From Dehalococcoidia bacterium (lineage in GTDB: Bacteria; Chloroflexota; Dehalococcoidia; E44-bin15; DAOWNJ01): DNA of 41,651 nucleotides. Positions 9,834 to 19,305 of this stretch are shown piece after piece. The translations under genes were made by a program, and so were the position numbers. The DNA lies in NCBI GenBank assembly GCA_034435115.1, contig DAOTXZ010000100.1, forward strand, positions 1 to 41,651. The letters run 5' to 3'. The stretch's first letter is position 1. Each line of letters starts with the position of its first letter. The notes under the pieces were generated by a model that saw only the letters and a list, made by a program, of their open reading frames with translations, had not been told where the DNA came from and searched no databases.

Positions 9834-10487
9834 ATGAAGGTCAAATGGCTTGGTCATGCGTCGTTCCTGATCACATCGGAGGAGGGAACTAGGATCATCA
9901 CCGACCCGTATCAGCCTGAGGCGTTTGGGCTTAACTATGGGAAGATAAGCGAAGCGGCTGACATTGTTACCGTTAGCCATGACCACCCCGATCACAACTA
10001 TGTGGCCGGGGTTCCCGGAAAACCTCAGGTTGTCACGGGCACTGGAACACATCGGGCGAAAGGCATCGAGTTCAAGGGAATAGCGAGCTATCATGACGAA
10101 TCGAGCGGTGGCGAGAGGGGGCCGAATACCATTTTCTGCTTCACTGTAAATGGGGTCAGGCTCTGCCACGTGGGCGACCTTGGTCATCAGCTAACCGATA
10201 AGCAGCTTTCAGAGATCGGTGAGGTTGATGTCCTTCTGATTCCGGTGGCTGGGACATTCACTATTGACGCCGCCGGAGCAAACAAGGTAGTCGATAAGAT
10301 CAAGCCGAGGGTGGTCATTCCCATGCACTTCAGGACAGAGAGGTGCCCCTCTTTCCCGGTAACCGACTGCCAGCCCTTCCTGGCTGGCAAGAAAAACGTG
10401 AAGAGGATGAATGCTAGTGAGGTGGAATTCAGGAAGGGGGAGCTGCCAAAGGAGACCGAGATAGTGGTTCTCAGGCACGCCCTTTAG
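9834..10487 (+). CDS. MBL-fold metal-dependent hydrolase (UPF0173-like)
   Basis: MKVKWLGHASFL, SHDHPDH. ATG 9834 follows an AAGGAGG RBS. The track start at 9798 overlaps pepA. Confidence 0.8.
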   Translation: MKVKWLGHASFLITSEEGTRIITDPYQPEAFGLNYGKISEAADIVTVSHDHPDHNYVAGVPGKPQVVTGTGTHRAKGIEFKGIASYHDESSGGERGPNTIFCFTVNGVRLCHVGDLGHQLTDKQLSEIGEVDVLLIPVAGTFTIDAAGANKVVDKIKPRVVIPMHFRTERCPSFPVTDCQPFLAGKKNVKRMNASEVEFRKGELPKETEIVVLRHAL

Positions 10488-10618
10488 AAGGGACTTTTGT
10501 CCGCAGCTGGGGCTGTAAAATAGGAGAAAAGTAATATGGACAACTATTGACAAACATGCTATTCTATACCCAGTTAGATTTTAGTTAGTTGAGATATCTT
10601 GATATAGAGCGCCGGGTG

Positions 10619-11293
10619 ATGGAGAAAGTCGGGGTCTTTATAGTCGATAACCAGGAAATCTTCCGGCAGGGTATTCGTGCTTCCCTATCAGCGGAGGAAG
10701 ACATCAGCGTAGTCGGCGATGCGGAGCAGAGCGAGGAGACGCTCTCTCTGCTTGAGGCCTATATGCCCGATGTAGTGCTTCTTGATATTGGGTTACCCTC
10801 GCTTAAAGGTCTTCAACTGGCAAGCCAAATCGGGCGACGCCTACCTGGGGTCTCGGTCATCGTACTTTCAGCCTACGAAGATGATACTCAGCTCTTTTTG
10901 GCAATTAAGGCCGGGGCAGTGGCTTATCTTACCAAAGATGTCTCCCCCGAGCACATGGCGAAGACTATCAGGAGGGTATTTAACGGGGAGTATCCCATAA
11001 ATGAAACCCTACTCTCCAAGCCCGATCTCGCTGCCCGCATCCTTACCCAGTTTCAAAGTCTATTTCAGGCCGGGCAGGAGATGCAGGCATTGGTTGCTCC
11101 ACTCTCACCTCGAGAGATTGAGATCCTAAATCTGGTGGCTAATGGTTATGCAAATAAACAGATCGGCCACACCTTGAGGATCAGCGAGCAGACTGTTAAG
11201 AACCATATAACCTCCATTCTGCGAAAGCTTGCTGCAAACGACCGCACCCATGCCGTAGTCCTTGCTCTGCGCCACGGCCTGATCTCAGTGTGA
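10619..11293 (+). CDS. NarL/LuxR-family response regulator (no adjacent kinase)
   Basis: Receiver domain (VVLLDIGLP, VLSAY, AIKAGA) plus a LuxR helix-turn-helix (LSPREIEILNLVANGYANKQIGHTLRISEQTVKNH). Confidence 0.85.
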   Translation: MEKVGVFIVDNQEIFRQGIRASLSAEEDISVVGDAEQSEETLSLLEAYMPDVVLLDIGLPSLKGLQLASQIGRRLPGVSVIVLSAYEDDTQLFLAIKAGAVAYLTKDVSPEHMAKTIRRVFNGEYPINETLLSKPDLAARILTQFQSLFQAGQEMQALVAPLSPREIEILNLVANGYANKQIGHTLRISEQTVKNHITSILRKLAANDRTHAVVLALRHGLISV

Positions 11294-11451
11294 AGCCCCT
11301 AGCCACACTTTACCCCACTTCTCCTATCTATTAGCACGATTGGGAAGATGATTCCGCACCGGGAAAAAGGCTTTAAGGTTTGTGCTGTAAGGGGGTATTT
11401 GCTGATGTGTGGATGCCAGGCGTTTATGCCTGATTTACCCTGACTTGGGGT

Positions 11452-11757
11452 TTAGCGGCCTTTCCCTTTTCTCCGACGCAGCTTCCCGTATAGCAAGGCG
11501 TAGCGATACCCCAGCTCGAACCCCATGGTGATCTCTATTGCCTTCTCGATGTCATCGCGAGCGGTGTCCCTAATAAACCGCCTGAGGGCTACCCGGTCCC
11601 TCTCATCAAGGCAGAGCAGCAGGGGCTCCCTGCTTGCCTCCTCCAATACACTCTCCAAGCGAGCCGTCAGCTCCTCGTTACACTCTCCATAGATATCGTT
11701 GATGGTATCCAGGAAGCCCAAAAGTCGTAGCTCTGTAAACTGGCTAAGGTCGTCCAT
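11452..11757 (-). CDS. hypothetical small protein co-oriented with the HD-GYP regulator
   Basis: 101-aa ORF starting 18 nt after the upstream stop. Acidic body and a basic RRRKGKGR tail. No recognisable domain. Confidence 0.45.
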   Translation of the reverse strand: MDDLSQFTELRLLGFLDTINDIYGECNEELTARLESVLEEASREPLLLCLDERDRVALRRFIRDTARDDIEKAIEITMGFELGYRYALLYGKLRRRKGKGR

Positions 11758-11775
11758 TCGATCACCACTTCCGTT

Positions 11776-13248
11776 TTAAGTCCCGGCTCTTAGCATGTCT
11801 ATAAAGGCATCTGTTATATTTGGGTCAAACTTTGTGCCCTTATCCTCATAAAGGGTTGCCATCGCGTCATCGCGGGGGATGGCTGGGCGCCAGGGGCGAG
11901 CCGAAGTCATAGCATCATAGGCATCACAAAGAAGCACGACATGAAGCGCTGGTGTTATCTCATCCCACGAAAGACCATCCGGATAGCCGGAACCATCCAA
12001 GCGCTCGTGGTGATGGCGCACTATTTGGCGAGCATCGGCCAGGAAGGGGAGGGGGGCGATGAGATCATCCCCGATTACAGGGTGAAGCTTCACCATCTCC
12101 CACTCGGGGGGGGTGAGTAAGGCGGGCTTATTGAGAATAGCCTCACTCACACCCAGTAGACCAATGTCGTGAAGCCTCGCCCCAAGCTCGATGTTTCTTA
12201 TCTTGTCCTCACTCAGGCCAACGATCTTGCCAAGCTGCATACCCAGGTTGGCTACCTGCTCCATGTGGCTATGAGTGTATGGAGTTCTCCGATCGACTTG
12301 AGAGGCGATCAATCGCAGGGTTTTGAGGCAATTTTCTTCGACTTCAGAGACTGACCAACGACTCTTTAAACATATGGCGAGCTGGGAGGCGAGAATAGTC
12401 AGGAGCTCCAGGTCCCCCTCGCTGAATAAGCCCTCACCTCCGGCGCGGCTGGTGGTCAGGAAACCGATTGTCCCCCCCTCGGTCTCTATGGGGAGCATTA
12501 GGATCTCCTGATGCTTAGCCCTAGGGGTGAGCACCTGGTTGCTGGGATAATGGGAACCGACCTGACCGAACAGGGGGTGGTCCTCGACATTGGTGAAAAG
12601 AATAGGTTTACTGGCTCCCGACGGGGGGGTGATGTCCTTCTTGAGTATTGCATTGGCTATTAGTGCTGCCCACTCCCATGCACCCGAGGCAGCAGCTATC
12701 CTCACCTGATCCCTGAATGAGTTGAAAAGCACGATGGCACCGCCGCTAGACCTCGTCTCCCTTATGGCAGTACTAAGTATGAGCCCCATTAATTCCTTCT
12801 CGTCTGTGCCGATGGCTACAGCCTGGCTGACCTTATATAGACCAGTCAGTTGCTTAAGCCGGGCGTTTTCATCGGCAAGCCTCTTCCTGCCAAGGGCATC
12901 GGCTAACGCTAGACAGATCTCACCCCGGTCGAATGGTTTGGTGATGTAGTTATAGACCCCCTGGCTAATGGCGATGCGCGCCGTTTCAATACTGGGATAC
13001 CCTGTTATGAGGATGGGTATGGTCTGGGGGCTTATTTCCCGAAACTCCTCGACCAGCTCCAGTCCATCCTTTTTGGGCATCTTGATATCGGCAAGCAAGA
13101 GGTCAAAACAATCCCCTTTTGCAAGTTGCAGAGCTGCCTCTGCGCTTTCGACGCCCGTGGCGCTGTAGCCTTCGCGAACGAGGATCTCACATATCGTCTC
13201 TCGTGCTAGCTCTTCATCGTCAACAACCAACACCCTGACCTGTTTCAA
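11776..13248 (-). CDS. response regulator receiver-GAF-HD-GYP protein (putative c-di-GMP phosphodiesterase)
   Basis: VLVVDDEE..LLLADIKMP receiver, central GAF-like region, HDIGLLGV and HHERLDGSGYPDGL. TTG start after an AGGAG RBS. Confidence 0.85.
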   Translation of the reverse strand: MKQVRVLVVDDEELARETICEILVREGYSATGVESAEAALQLAKGDCFDLLLADIKMPKKDGLELVEEFREISPQTIPILITGYPSIETARIAISQGVYNYITKPFDRGEICLALADALGRKRLADENARLKQLTGLYKVSQAVAIGTDEKELMGLILSTAIRETRSSGGAIVLFNSFRDQVRIAAASGAWEWAALIANAILKKDITPPSGASKPILFTNVEDHPLFGQVGSHYPSNQVLTPRAKHQEILMLPIETEGGTIGFLTTSRAGGEGLFSEGDLELLTILASQLAICLKSRWSVSEVEENCLKTLRLIASQVDRRTPYTHSHMEQVANLGMQLGKIVGLSEDKIRNIELGARLHDIGLLGVSEAILNKPALLTPPEWEMVKLHPVIGDDLIAPLPFLADARQIVRHHHERLDGSGYPDGLSWDEITPALHVVLLCDAYDAMTSARPWRPAIPRDDAMATLYEDKGTKFDPNITDAFIDMLRAGT

Positions 13249-13276
13249 GAAAACTCTCCTAGATCAAGACTATTCC

Positions 13277-13305
13277 ACCATAAGGGGTATACTGCCTCCA
13301 ATCAA
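13277..13305 (-). promoter_or_regulatory. putative sigma70-type promoter for the HD-GYP operon
   Basis: On the minus strand: TTGATT, 17-nt spacer, TATGGT. Lies about 30 nt upstream of the TTG start. Confidence 0.4.
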
Positions 13306-13371
13306 TAGCCTTTTGGGTCTAGTTTGAGATAGCCATATAGGTGGGGGAACTAGGTACTAGTGGGTAAAATG

Positions 13372-13403
13372 ATAGTGGGTGACCAAGTCTGGCCACCCAC
13401 TAT
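13372..13403 (-). terminator. hairpin downstream of the enoyl-CoA hydratase gene (terminator or operator)
   Basis: Perfect 10-bp inverted repeat ATAGTGGGTG / CACCCACTAT with a 12-nt loop. On the minus strand it is followed by CATTTTA. Confidence 0.4.
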
Positions 13404-13467
13404 ATTCCCCTCCACGGGGTGATACCCTCAAAGCGACTGCGCGGCGTGTTATATCTAACCTAGAGGG

Positions 13468-14262
13468 TTATCTCCCCTTAAAGATTGGTTCCCTCTTTTC
13501 AAGGAATGCGCTAACTCCTTCCTTGAAATCTTCAGTCTGCATGCATATTCCCTGGAGATGCATCTCATACTCATGCTGGAATGCTAGATCCTCCTCCGCA
13601 TACCCTCTATAGAGAGCGCGCTTAGCCAATTGAATCGTTATTGGAGGCCCCTTAGCTATCGTTGTTGCCAGTTCCCTAGTTGCCTTCATCAGCTCATCGT
13701 GAGGTACAACCCGGCTCACCAAACCTATTCGCTCCGCCTCCCTGGCATCGATTATCTGCCCCGTGAATACCATCTCACATGCCTTAGACATTCCCACCGC
13801 GCGGGGGAGAAAGTAGGTTGACCCAGTGTCTGGGATAAGTCCCCTCCTGACGAATATCTGTGAGAATCTAGCATTCTCCGAAGCTATCCTGATATCACAT
13901 GCTAGGGCAATGGAAAAGCCCATCCCGGCGGCGACGCCGTTTACCGCAGCTATCGATGGTCTCTTCAGGTTCCGAATTAGAAGAGTTACCTGGTTGATCG
14001 TTGGTTCAAGCGCCGCCTGCCTTACCCCCGCCTCAGCAGCTCCTGAGGCAAGCATGCTACTAAGATCAGCTCCAGAGCAGAAGCCGCGCCCGGCGCCGGT
14101 GATGATCACCACCCTCACCCCTTCATCGCTATCAACGTCCTTAAGGGCATCGATCAAATCAAGGGTCAGTTGACTATCCACGGCATTGAGCCTATCAGGG
14201 CGATTGAGAGTGATGGTGGCGATCCCTCCCTCCTTCTCTAGGATAACAGTTTGGTATTTCAT
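13468..14262 (-). CDS. enoyl-CoA hydratase/isomerase (crotonase family)
   Basis: ITLNRPDRLNA, ITGAGRGFCSGADL. ATG 14262 follows an AAAGGAGG RBS. The longer track ORF adds 34 aa that do not look protein-like. Confidence 0.85.
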   Translation of the reverse strand: MKYQTVILEKEGGIATITLNRPDRLNAVDSQLTLDLIDALKDVDSDEGVRVVIITGAGRGFCSGADLSSMLASGAAEAGVRQAALEPTINQVTLLIRNLKRPSIAAVNGVAAGMGFSIALACDIRIASENARFSQIFVRRGLIPDTGSTYFLPRAVGMSKACEMVFTGQIIDAREAERIGLVSRVVPHDELMKATRELATTIAKGPPITIQLAKRALYRGYAEEDLAFQHEYEMHLQGICMQTEDFKEGVSAFLEKREPIFKGR

Positions 14263-14520
14263 CCAGCACCTCCTTTTAGCTAAATAATCTTCTGGTTCCG
14301 AAAACACCAACCGGAAGATATGCCCCGCTGCCCCCTCCCCACCGAAAGAGTAGCAGAAAACCATGAACCAGTCAAGCCGCGAGATTGATAGGATAGGACA
14401 CTGAATCAGCTCCAGATTTGATTCTCTCTATACTCTACCGCCTCTTTTACAGTATAATGACGGGGTGATACTGCCTGATAGGATCAAGAGGATGGAGCCA
14501 GTCCCTGAGGAGGAATAGTA

Positions 14521-16980
14521 ATGGACATCGAGAAGTACGAGGTGCCGGCTGATAAGTTACGCTGGAGGTGTGACCCCAGCCTGTTGAACTTTGCCAGCAC
14601 CGAGGACCTAGCTCCCTTGGAAGAGTTCATCGGCCAGGCACGGGCAATAAACGCGGTGAAGTTCGGTCTGGAGATGAACCGCCCCGGCTATAATATCTAT
14701 GTGGCTGGTCTCACGGGCACAGGAAAGACATCGGTGGTAAAGGCACACATTCAAAGGCTGATAAAGGAGCGTGAGGAAGAGGAAGGGCCCTATCACCCTG
14801 ATGACTGGTGCTACCTATATAACTTCACTGACCCCGATCGTCCCCAGATAGCGAAGCTTCCCCAGGGAAAGGGCAGGGTCTTTGCCAACCAGGTGACGAC
14901 CTTGCTACTAAAGCTTCAAGAAGAACTGCGCAAGATATTCTCCAGTGAAAACTATGGAACAGAGAGGAGGAGGATTATCGAGGAGGGTCAGGGCGAGCAG
15001 CGGCAGATTTTAGAGCAACTGGAAAAGGAAGCCCAGTCTCAGGGATTCTTGTTTCAGATTTCGCCTGCAGGACCGGCGTTAATCCCAATGAGTAAGGGCA
15101 AGCCTTTGTCCCAAGCAGAATACCTCTCGCTGAAGGAAGAGGTGAGGAGGACTCTGGAAGAGAGGCAGGCCCATATTATGAAGCTGGCAGAGGCAAGCTT
15201 TGAGAAGGTTCGAGGGCTGGAGAAGAACACCCTCGAAAGACTGCGCCAGCTTGACCGCAACATAGGGGAAAGGGCCATCCACACCTTGTTTCAGGAGCTC
15301 TTGGAGGACTATCGCCAGTTCAGCGGTGTGGATCAGTATTTCAAGGGACTGCAAGCTTACACTTTGGACAACTTAGACTTATTCAAGCAGCAGGAAGCCC
15401 CCACCCCGGCTGTCCCTGGCATGCCCACTGGGCAGCTGATGGGGGCAAGGGATCCCCTCCTCCCCTTCCGGGTCAACGTCTTCGTGGACAACAGCGAGAC
15501 CGGGGGGCCACCGGTGATTGTGGAGAACAATCCCACCTACGGGAACCTGTTCGGCAAGGTGGAGAGGCGCTTCTTTTTTGGCGGCTATCTCAGCGACCAT
15601 ACCATGCTGAAGCCCGGCTCGCTGAGCCTGGCCAACGGCGGTTATTTACTACTCAATCCCAGGGACGTGCTGACGAGGGCTGGGGTGTGGGAGGCCCTGA
15701 AACAGGCCATCCGCAACAAGGAAGTGCGGATTGAAGACCCTTTCGAGCAGTTCGGTCTCATCGCCCCCATGGGGATGAGACCGCAACCCATGCCTATAGA
15801 CGTGAAGGTGATTCTCATCGGTGACAATTACATCTACCAGTTGCTCTCCGAATACGACGAGGAATTCTGGGAGTTATTCCGGGTTAAAGCCGAGTTCAAC
15901 TTCGAGATGGATCGAACACCAGAGAACATGGAGGCCTATGCCTGTTTTATCGCCCACTGCTGTGCAGAGGAACGCCTGCGGCACTTTGACCCTTCGGGGG
16001 TAGCCAAGGTGCTAGAGTTTGCAGCGCGGGTGGTGGCTGACCAGGAGAAGCTATCCTCCAGGTTTGCCCAGATAAAGGAACTTCTGATGGAGGCCGATTA
16101 CTGGGCAGGGAAAAGCGACGCCTCCTTGATTTCAGCAGAACATGTGCAGAGAGCCCTTGACGAGAAGATGTTCCGCCACAATCTGATCGACGAGCAAATA
16201 CGGGGGCTTATCGAGAAAGGGACACTGCTGATAGACGTAGATGGCAAAGCAGTGGGGCAAGCCAACGGACTCAGTGTCTACAGTGTAGGTGACTCAATGT
16301 TTGGCAGGCCCTCTCGGATCACGGCTAAGACCTTCATGGGGCGCAGCGGGGTGATCAACATTGAGCGGGAGTCCCAGCTCAGTGGCAGAATCCATGACAA
16401 GGGGGTCATGATTCTGAGTGGCTACCTGGGCTGGAAATATGCCCAGGATAAGCCCCTGTCCCTATCAGCCAGTCTGTGCTTCGAACAATCCTATGAGGGT
16501 GTGGAGGGGGATAGCGCCTCATCCACGGAGCTATATGCTATCCTGTCGAGCCTGTCAGGGGTACCGCTGAAACAGGGGATTGCCGTCACCGGCTCGGTGA
16601 ATCAGATGGGAGAGGTTCAACCTATTGGTGGGCTCAACCATAAAATCGAAAGCTTCTACCGTGTATGCAAGGCCAAGGGGCTCACCGGCGAGCAGGGTGT
16701 GTTGATTCCTTATAAGAACATACGTAACCTTATGCTGCACGATGAGGTGGTGGGTGCTGTGGCTCAAGGGAGGTTCCACATTTATGCGGTTAAGACCATC
16801 GATGAGGGGATTGAGGTGCTCACCGGGGTGGAGGCCGGGCAGAGGAGAGAGGATGGAACTTATCCCGAAGGCAGCATCAACTACCTAGTGGACAGACGAC
16901 TGAGGCAGATGGCAGAGGGCCTCAAGTCCTTCTATGCTGAGGCGGAGACGAAGGAAAAGGGAAGGGTATTCGGGGGATGA
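14521..16980 (+). CDS. Lon-like ATP-dependent protease (COG1067 type, AAA+ with long helical insertion)
   Basis: GLTGTGKTS Walker A, charged helical insertion at about aa 130-290, S16 protease domain with GVEGDSASSTELYAILSSLSG and IGGLNHKIE. Confidence 0.85.
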   Translation: MDIEKYEVPADKLRWRCDPSLLNFASTEDLAPLEEFIGQARAINAVKFGLEMNRPGYNIYVAGLTGTGKTSVVKAHIQRLIKEREEEEGPYHPDDWCYLYNFTDPDRPQIAKLPQGKGRVFANQVTTLLLKLQEELRKIFSSENYGTERRRIIEEGQGEQRQILEQLEKEAQSQGFLFQISPAGPALIPMSKGKPLSQAEYLSLKEEVRRTLEERQAHIMKLAEASFEKVRGLEKNTLERLRQLDRNIGERAIHTLFQELLEDYRQFSGVDQYFKGLQAYTLDNLDLFKQQEAPTPAVPGMPTGQLMGARDPLLPFRVNVFVDNSETGGPPVIVENNPTYGNLFGKVERRFFFGGYLSDHTMLKPGSLSLANGGYLLLNPRDVLTRAGVWEALKQAIRNKEVRIEDPFEQFGLIAPMGMRPQPMPIDVKVILIGDNYIYQLLSEYDEEFWELFRVKAEFNFEMDRTPENMEAYACFIAHCCAEERLRHFDPSGVAKVLEFAARVVADQEKLSSRFAQIKELLMEADYWAGKSDASLISAEHVQRALDEKMFRHNLIDEQIRGLIEKGTLLIDVDGKAVGQANGLSVYSVGDSMFGRPSRITAKTFMGRSGVINIERESQLSGRIHDKGVMILSGYLGWKYAQDKPLSLSASLCFEQSYEGVEGDSASSTELYAILSSLSGVPLKQGIAVTGSVNQMGEVQPIGGLNHKIESFYRVCKAKGLTGEQGVLIPYKNIRNLMLHDEVVGAVAQGRFHIYAVKTIDEGIEVLTGVEAGQRREDGTYPEGSINYLVDRRLRQMAEGLKSFYAEAETKEKGRVFGG

Positions 16981-16999
16981 AGGCTCAAGGAGGGATCAG

Positions 17000-17560
17000 A
17001 TGTTAGAAAACTACCCCAAGACGGTGGTGATACAGGACGGTACCCGGCTCACGCTGCGCCCCCTGGTTAGAGAAGACGAGGCTAGGCTCAAGGAGTTCTT
17101 TGCCACTGTCCCACGGGAGGACCGCTGGTATCTGAAAGAGGATGTATCGGACCCCAGGGTGATCGAGGCTTGGGTGCGGGGCATCAACTACGAGCGGGTG
17201 GTGCCCATAGTGGCTGAAGTCGATGGTCAGATCGTGGCTGATGCCACCCTGCATCGGCGCCCCTTTGGAGGCAGCCGCCATGTCGGCAAGATAAGGGTCG
17301 TGGTGAGCCCCCGCTACCGGGGCATGGGCCTGGGCACCTGGATGGTTTTGGATATATTGAACCTGGCCATGGAGACGGGGGTGGAGAAGCTGATTGCGGA
17401 AGCGATCGCCGAAGAGCAGGCTCCCGTCATCGCCGGACTAAAGCGGCTGGGCTTTGTCGAGGAGGCACGGATAGCCGACTATGCACGCGACCCTCAGGGA
17501 AAACCTCACGACCTGGTGATAATGGTCAGAACCTTCTACCCGGATTGGGGAACCTTTTAA
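17000..17560 (+). CDS. GNAT-family N-acetyltransferase
   Basis: RYRGMGLGTWMV acetyl-CoA-binding motif. ATG 17000 follows an AAGGAGGGA RBS. The track start at 16934 overlaps the protease gene. Confidence 0.75.
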   Translation: MLENYPKTVVIQDGTRLTLRPLVREDEARLKEFFATVPREDRWYLKEDVSDPRVIEAWVRGINYERVVPIVAEVDGQIVADATLHRRPFGGSRHVGKIRVVVSPRYRGMGLGTWMVLDILNLAMETGVEKLIAEAIAEEQAPVIAGLKRLGFVEEARIADYARDPQGKPHDLVIMVRTFYPDWGTF

Positions 17561-17674
17561 GGCACCAAGTTGCCCGAAACTGCCTTAGTTTAAGGGACGG
17601 CCTCAAGGTAGCGCCTTTTAAGGCGGTAAGTTGCCAAGACAGAGAGGGTTTATCCAGTCCATATCGGGGGGGCC

Positions 17675-18310
17675 ATGGGGGGCAAAGACAGAAGCACCGA
17701 CATCGTGACCAATAGGGGAGTAGTTCACATCAGAAGCCACTGTTCTCCCGATTTTGTTGACCAGCTTGAGATGGATGAGGGCATCGGCGTCTTCGCCCAT
17801 TACCGTTCCATTGTCCGAGACAAGGAGGCTTTGAAGGGGGTGGCTGCCTTGGAGGAGGGCAATGTGGTGCTAGCCTATGTGGATGACGGCAAGATCGTGG
17901 GTTATGTCGCCTTTTCCAACCCCAGCCCCATGGAAAGGTGGGGAAGAGACTCGACTCTACCCCTTTATGAGCTGGGATCAATCGAAGTGAGCCGCCACTG
18001 GCGCCGCCTGGGGATTGCCCGGAAAATGGTGGAGCTGGCGATGGCGGATGAAGATGTGGAGGATAAGATCGTATTCCTCACCGGCTTTAGCTGGCACTGG
18101 GACCTCGAGGGGGCGGGCCTTTCCAAGATAGGCTACCGCAAGATGCTGATGCGCCTATTTGAGCCCTTTGGCTTTCGCCATTTCTACACCACGGAACCCA
18201 ACGTAGGGATGGATATCGCCAACATACTAATGGTGCGCATTGGGGCAAGGGTTAGCACAGAGGATCGGGCAAAATTTCTAGACCTCGCCTTTGCCACCAA
18301 TGGGGGCTAG
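17675..18310 (+). CDS. acuA: AcuA-like GNAT acetyltransferase
   Basis: Matches my recollection of B. subtilis AcuA along its length: PMERW, ELGSIEVSRHWRRLGIA, FSWHWDLEGAG, YRKMLMRLFEPFGF, MVRIGARVSTED. Confidence 0.7.
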   Translation: MGGKDRSTDIVTNRGVVHIRSHCSPDFVDQLEMDEGIGVFAHYRSIVRDKEALKGVAALEEGNVVLAYVDDGKIVGYVAFSNPSPMERWGRDSTLPLYELGSIEVSRHWRRLGIARKMVELAMADEDVEDKIVFLTGFSWHWDLEGAGLSKIGYRKMLMRLFEPFGFRHFYTTEPNVGMDIANILMVRIGARVSTEDRAKFLDLAFATNGG

Positions 18311-18364
18311 GGGCATGGTCCAGTCTGGGCTATTCTTGTAGCACGCTTCGCAAAGAGCCACAGC

Positions 18365-18393
18365 TTGCAAAAAAACAGGGCAGGCTCTATAAT
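18365..18393 (+). promoter_or_regulatory. sigma70-type promoter for tRNA-Met
   Basis: TTGCAA (18365-18370), exactly 17 nt, TATAAT (18388-18393). The tRNA starts 27 nt after the -10 box. Confidence 0.6.
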
Positions 18394-18419
18394 ACAGTAC
18401 AATCAGAGACTTCTGTTCA

Positions 18420-18491
18420 GGGCCTGTAGCTCAGCGGCAGAGCGACCGGCTCATAACCGGTTGGTCGCAGGTTCGAATCCTGCCGGGCCCA
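18420..18491 (+). tRNA. tRNA-Met (anticodon CAT); an Ile2/lysidine identity cannot be excluded
   Basis: Hand-folded cloverleaf. Acceptor GGGCCTG/CGGGCCC, D arm GCTC..GAGC, anticodon arm ACCGG-CTCATAA-CCGGT, T arm GCAGG-TTCGAAT-CCTGC, discriminator A. CCA is not encoded. G1-C72 argues against an initiator. Confidence 0.9.
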
Positions 18492-18525
18492 GAATTGATC
18501 ACTTTTTGACAGGGCAGTTTACCAT

Positions 18526-18898
18526 CAAAAAGATGCTTGAGATATTACTGGGCACGGAAGGAAAGGGAAAACTACGGCTTAGAGACAAGACCAGTAACGA
18601 GCTATTTGAGCTTTAGACAGCCTCCTGACCCCAAGGCACCATTCTCAGGATGCCTTGGACGCAGCCAGGAGAGTGCTGAGCCATTTTAGGGAATATCTTG
18701 GTTCTTATCCCCCTTCTCCTGAAATAGCAGCTGGGTTCGTGGCTCAATTTGCTTCCAGAAAGCCAGCTACCCTTTAATCGCTACAGCGCTATAGTAAAGG
18801 GCTTTATGGCTTGGTATGGAGAGGAGCTAGGCCACAAGGTTAAGATTCCTGAGACGCCACCCGAATATATTATCTACGGGCTGCAAGGGGAGAGCTAG
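18526..18898 (+). pseudogene. tyrosine-integrase N-terminal (SAM-like) fragment, broken by stops and frameshifts
   Basis: Three reading-frame pieces directly downstream of the tRNA: ..RDKTSNELFEL*, DSLL..RRVLSHFREYLGSYPPSPEIAAGFVAQFASRKPATL*, NRYSAIVKGFMAWYGEELGHKVKIPETPPEYI. No catalytic domain follows. Confidence 0.5.
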
Positions 18899-18941
18899 TG
18901 CAATCGACGATCCGTGAGGTAGGATACTGAAAGGGATATAG

Positions 18942-19305
18942 CAACCCTGGGGAAGGACACAATTAGTCCAGATTGTTACCGTTTACACGATGACTCAATT
19001 GTACCTTATTGCCTCACCCTATCATCCCCAGACCAACGGCAAGATAGAGCGGTATCGCTGCACCATAAAGGGGGAGATTAGCCAGGTGCCCTACGACATG
19101 CCGGGTGAACTCAGGGATGCCATCCGGGCCCTTGTTGAATACTATAACTACCGGCGTTACCACGAGGGGCGGCAGAGTCACGCCCTATGATGTCTATACC
19201 GGGCGTCACCTTGAAATAATCCAGAAAAGAAAGGAGGCAAAAAGCATGACATCGGTAGCAAGAGGGGACTATAATAGGAGCGTCAGGGAGGGGCATGGCC
19301 TTTAG
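18942..19305 (+). pseudogene. DDE (rve) transposase C-terminal fragment with one frameshift
   Basis: SPYHPQTNGKIERY..YYNYRRYHEG, then shifted by one frame: VTPYDVYTGRHLEIIQKRKEAK. The N-terminal two thirds of the transposase are absent. Confidence 0.6.

Noticed and set aside
14263-14364. A 34-codon N-terminal extension of the enoyl-CoA hydratase ORF.
   Set aside because: The internal ATG at 14262 has an AAAGGAGG RBS and gives the standard crotonase N-terminus (MKYQTVILEKEGG..). The extension has no RBS.
18365-18616. An 83-aa ORF spanning the tRNA-Met gene.
   Set aside because: It overlaps a well-folding tRNA and its promoter. Only its 3' end (..RDKTSNELFEL) is meaningful, as part of the integrase pseudogene.
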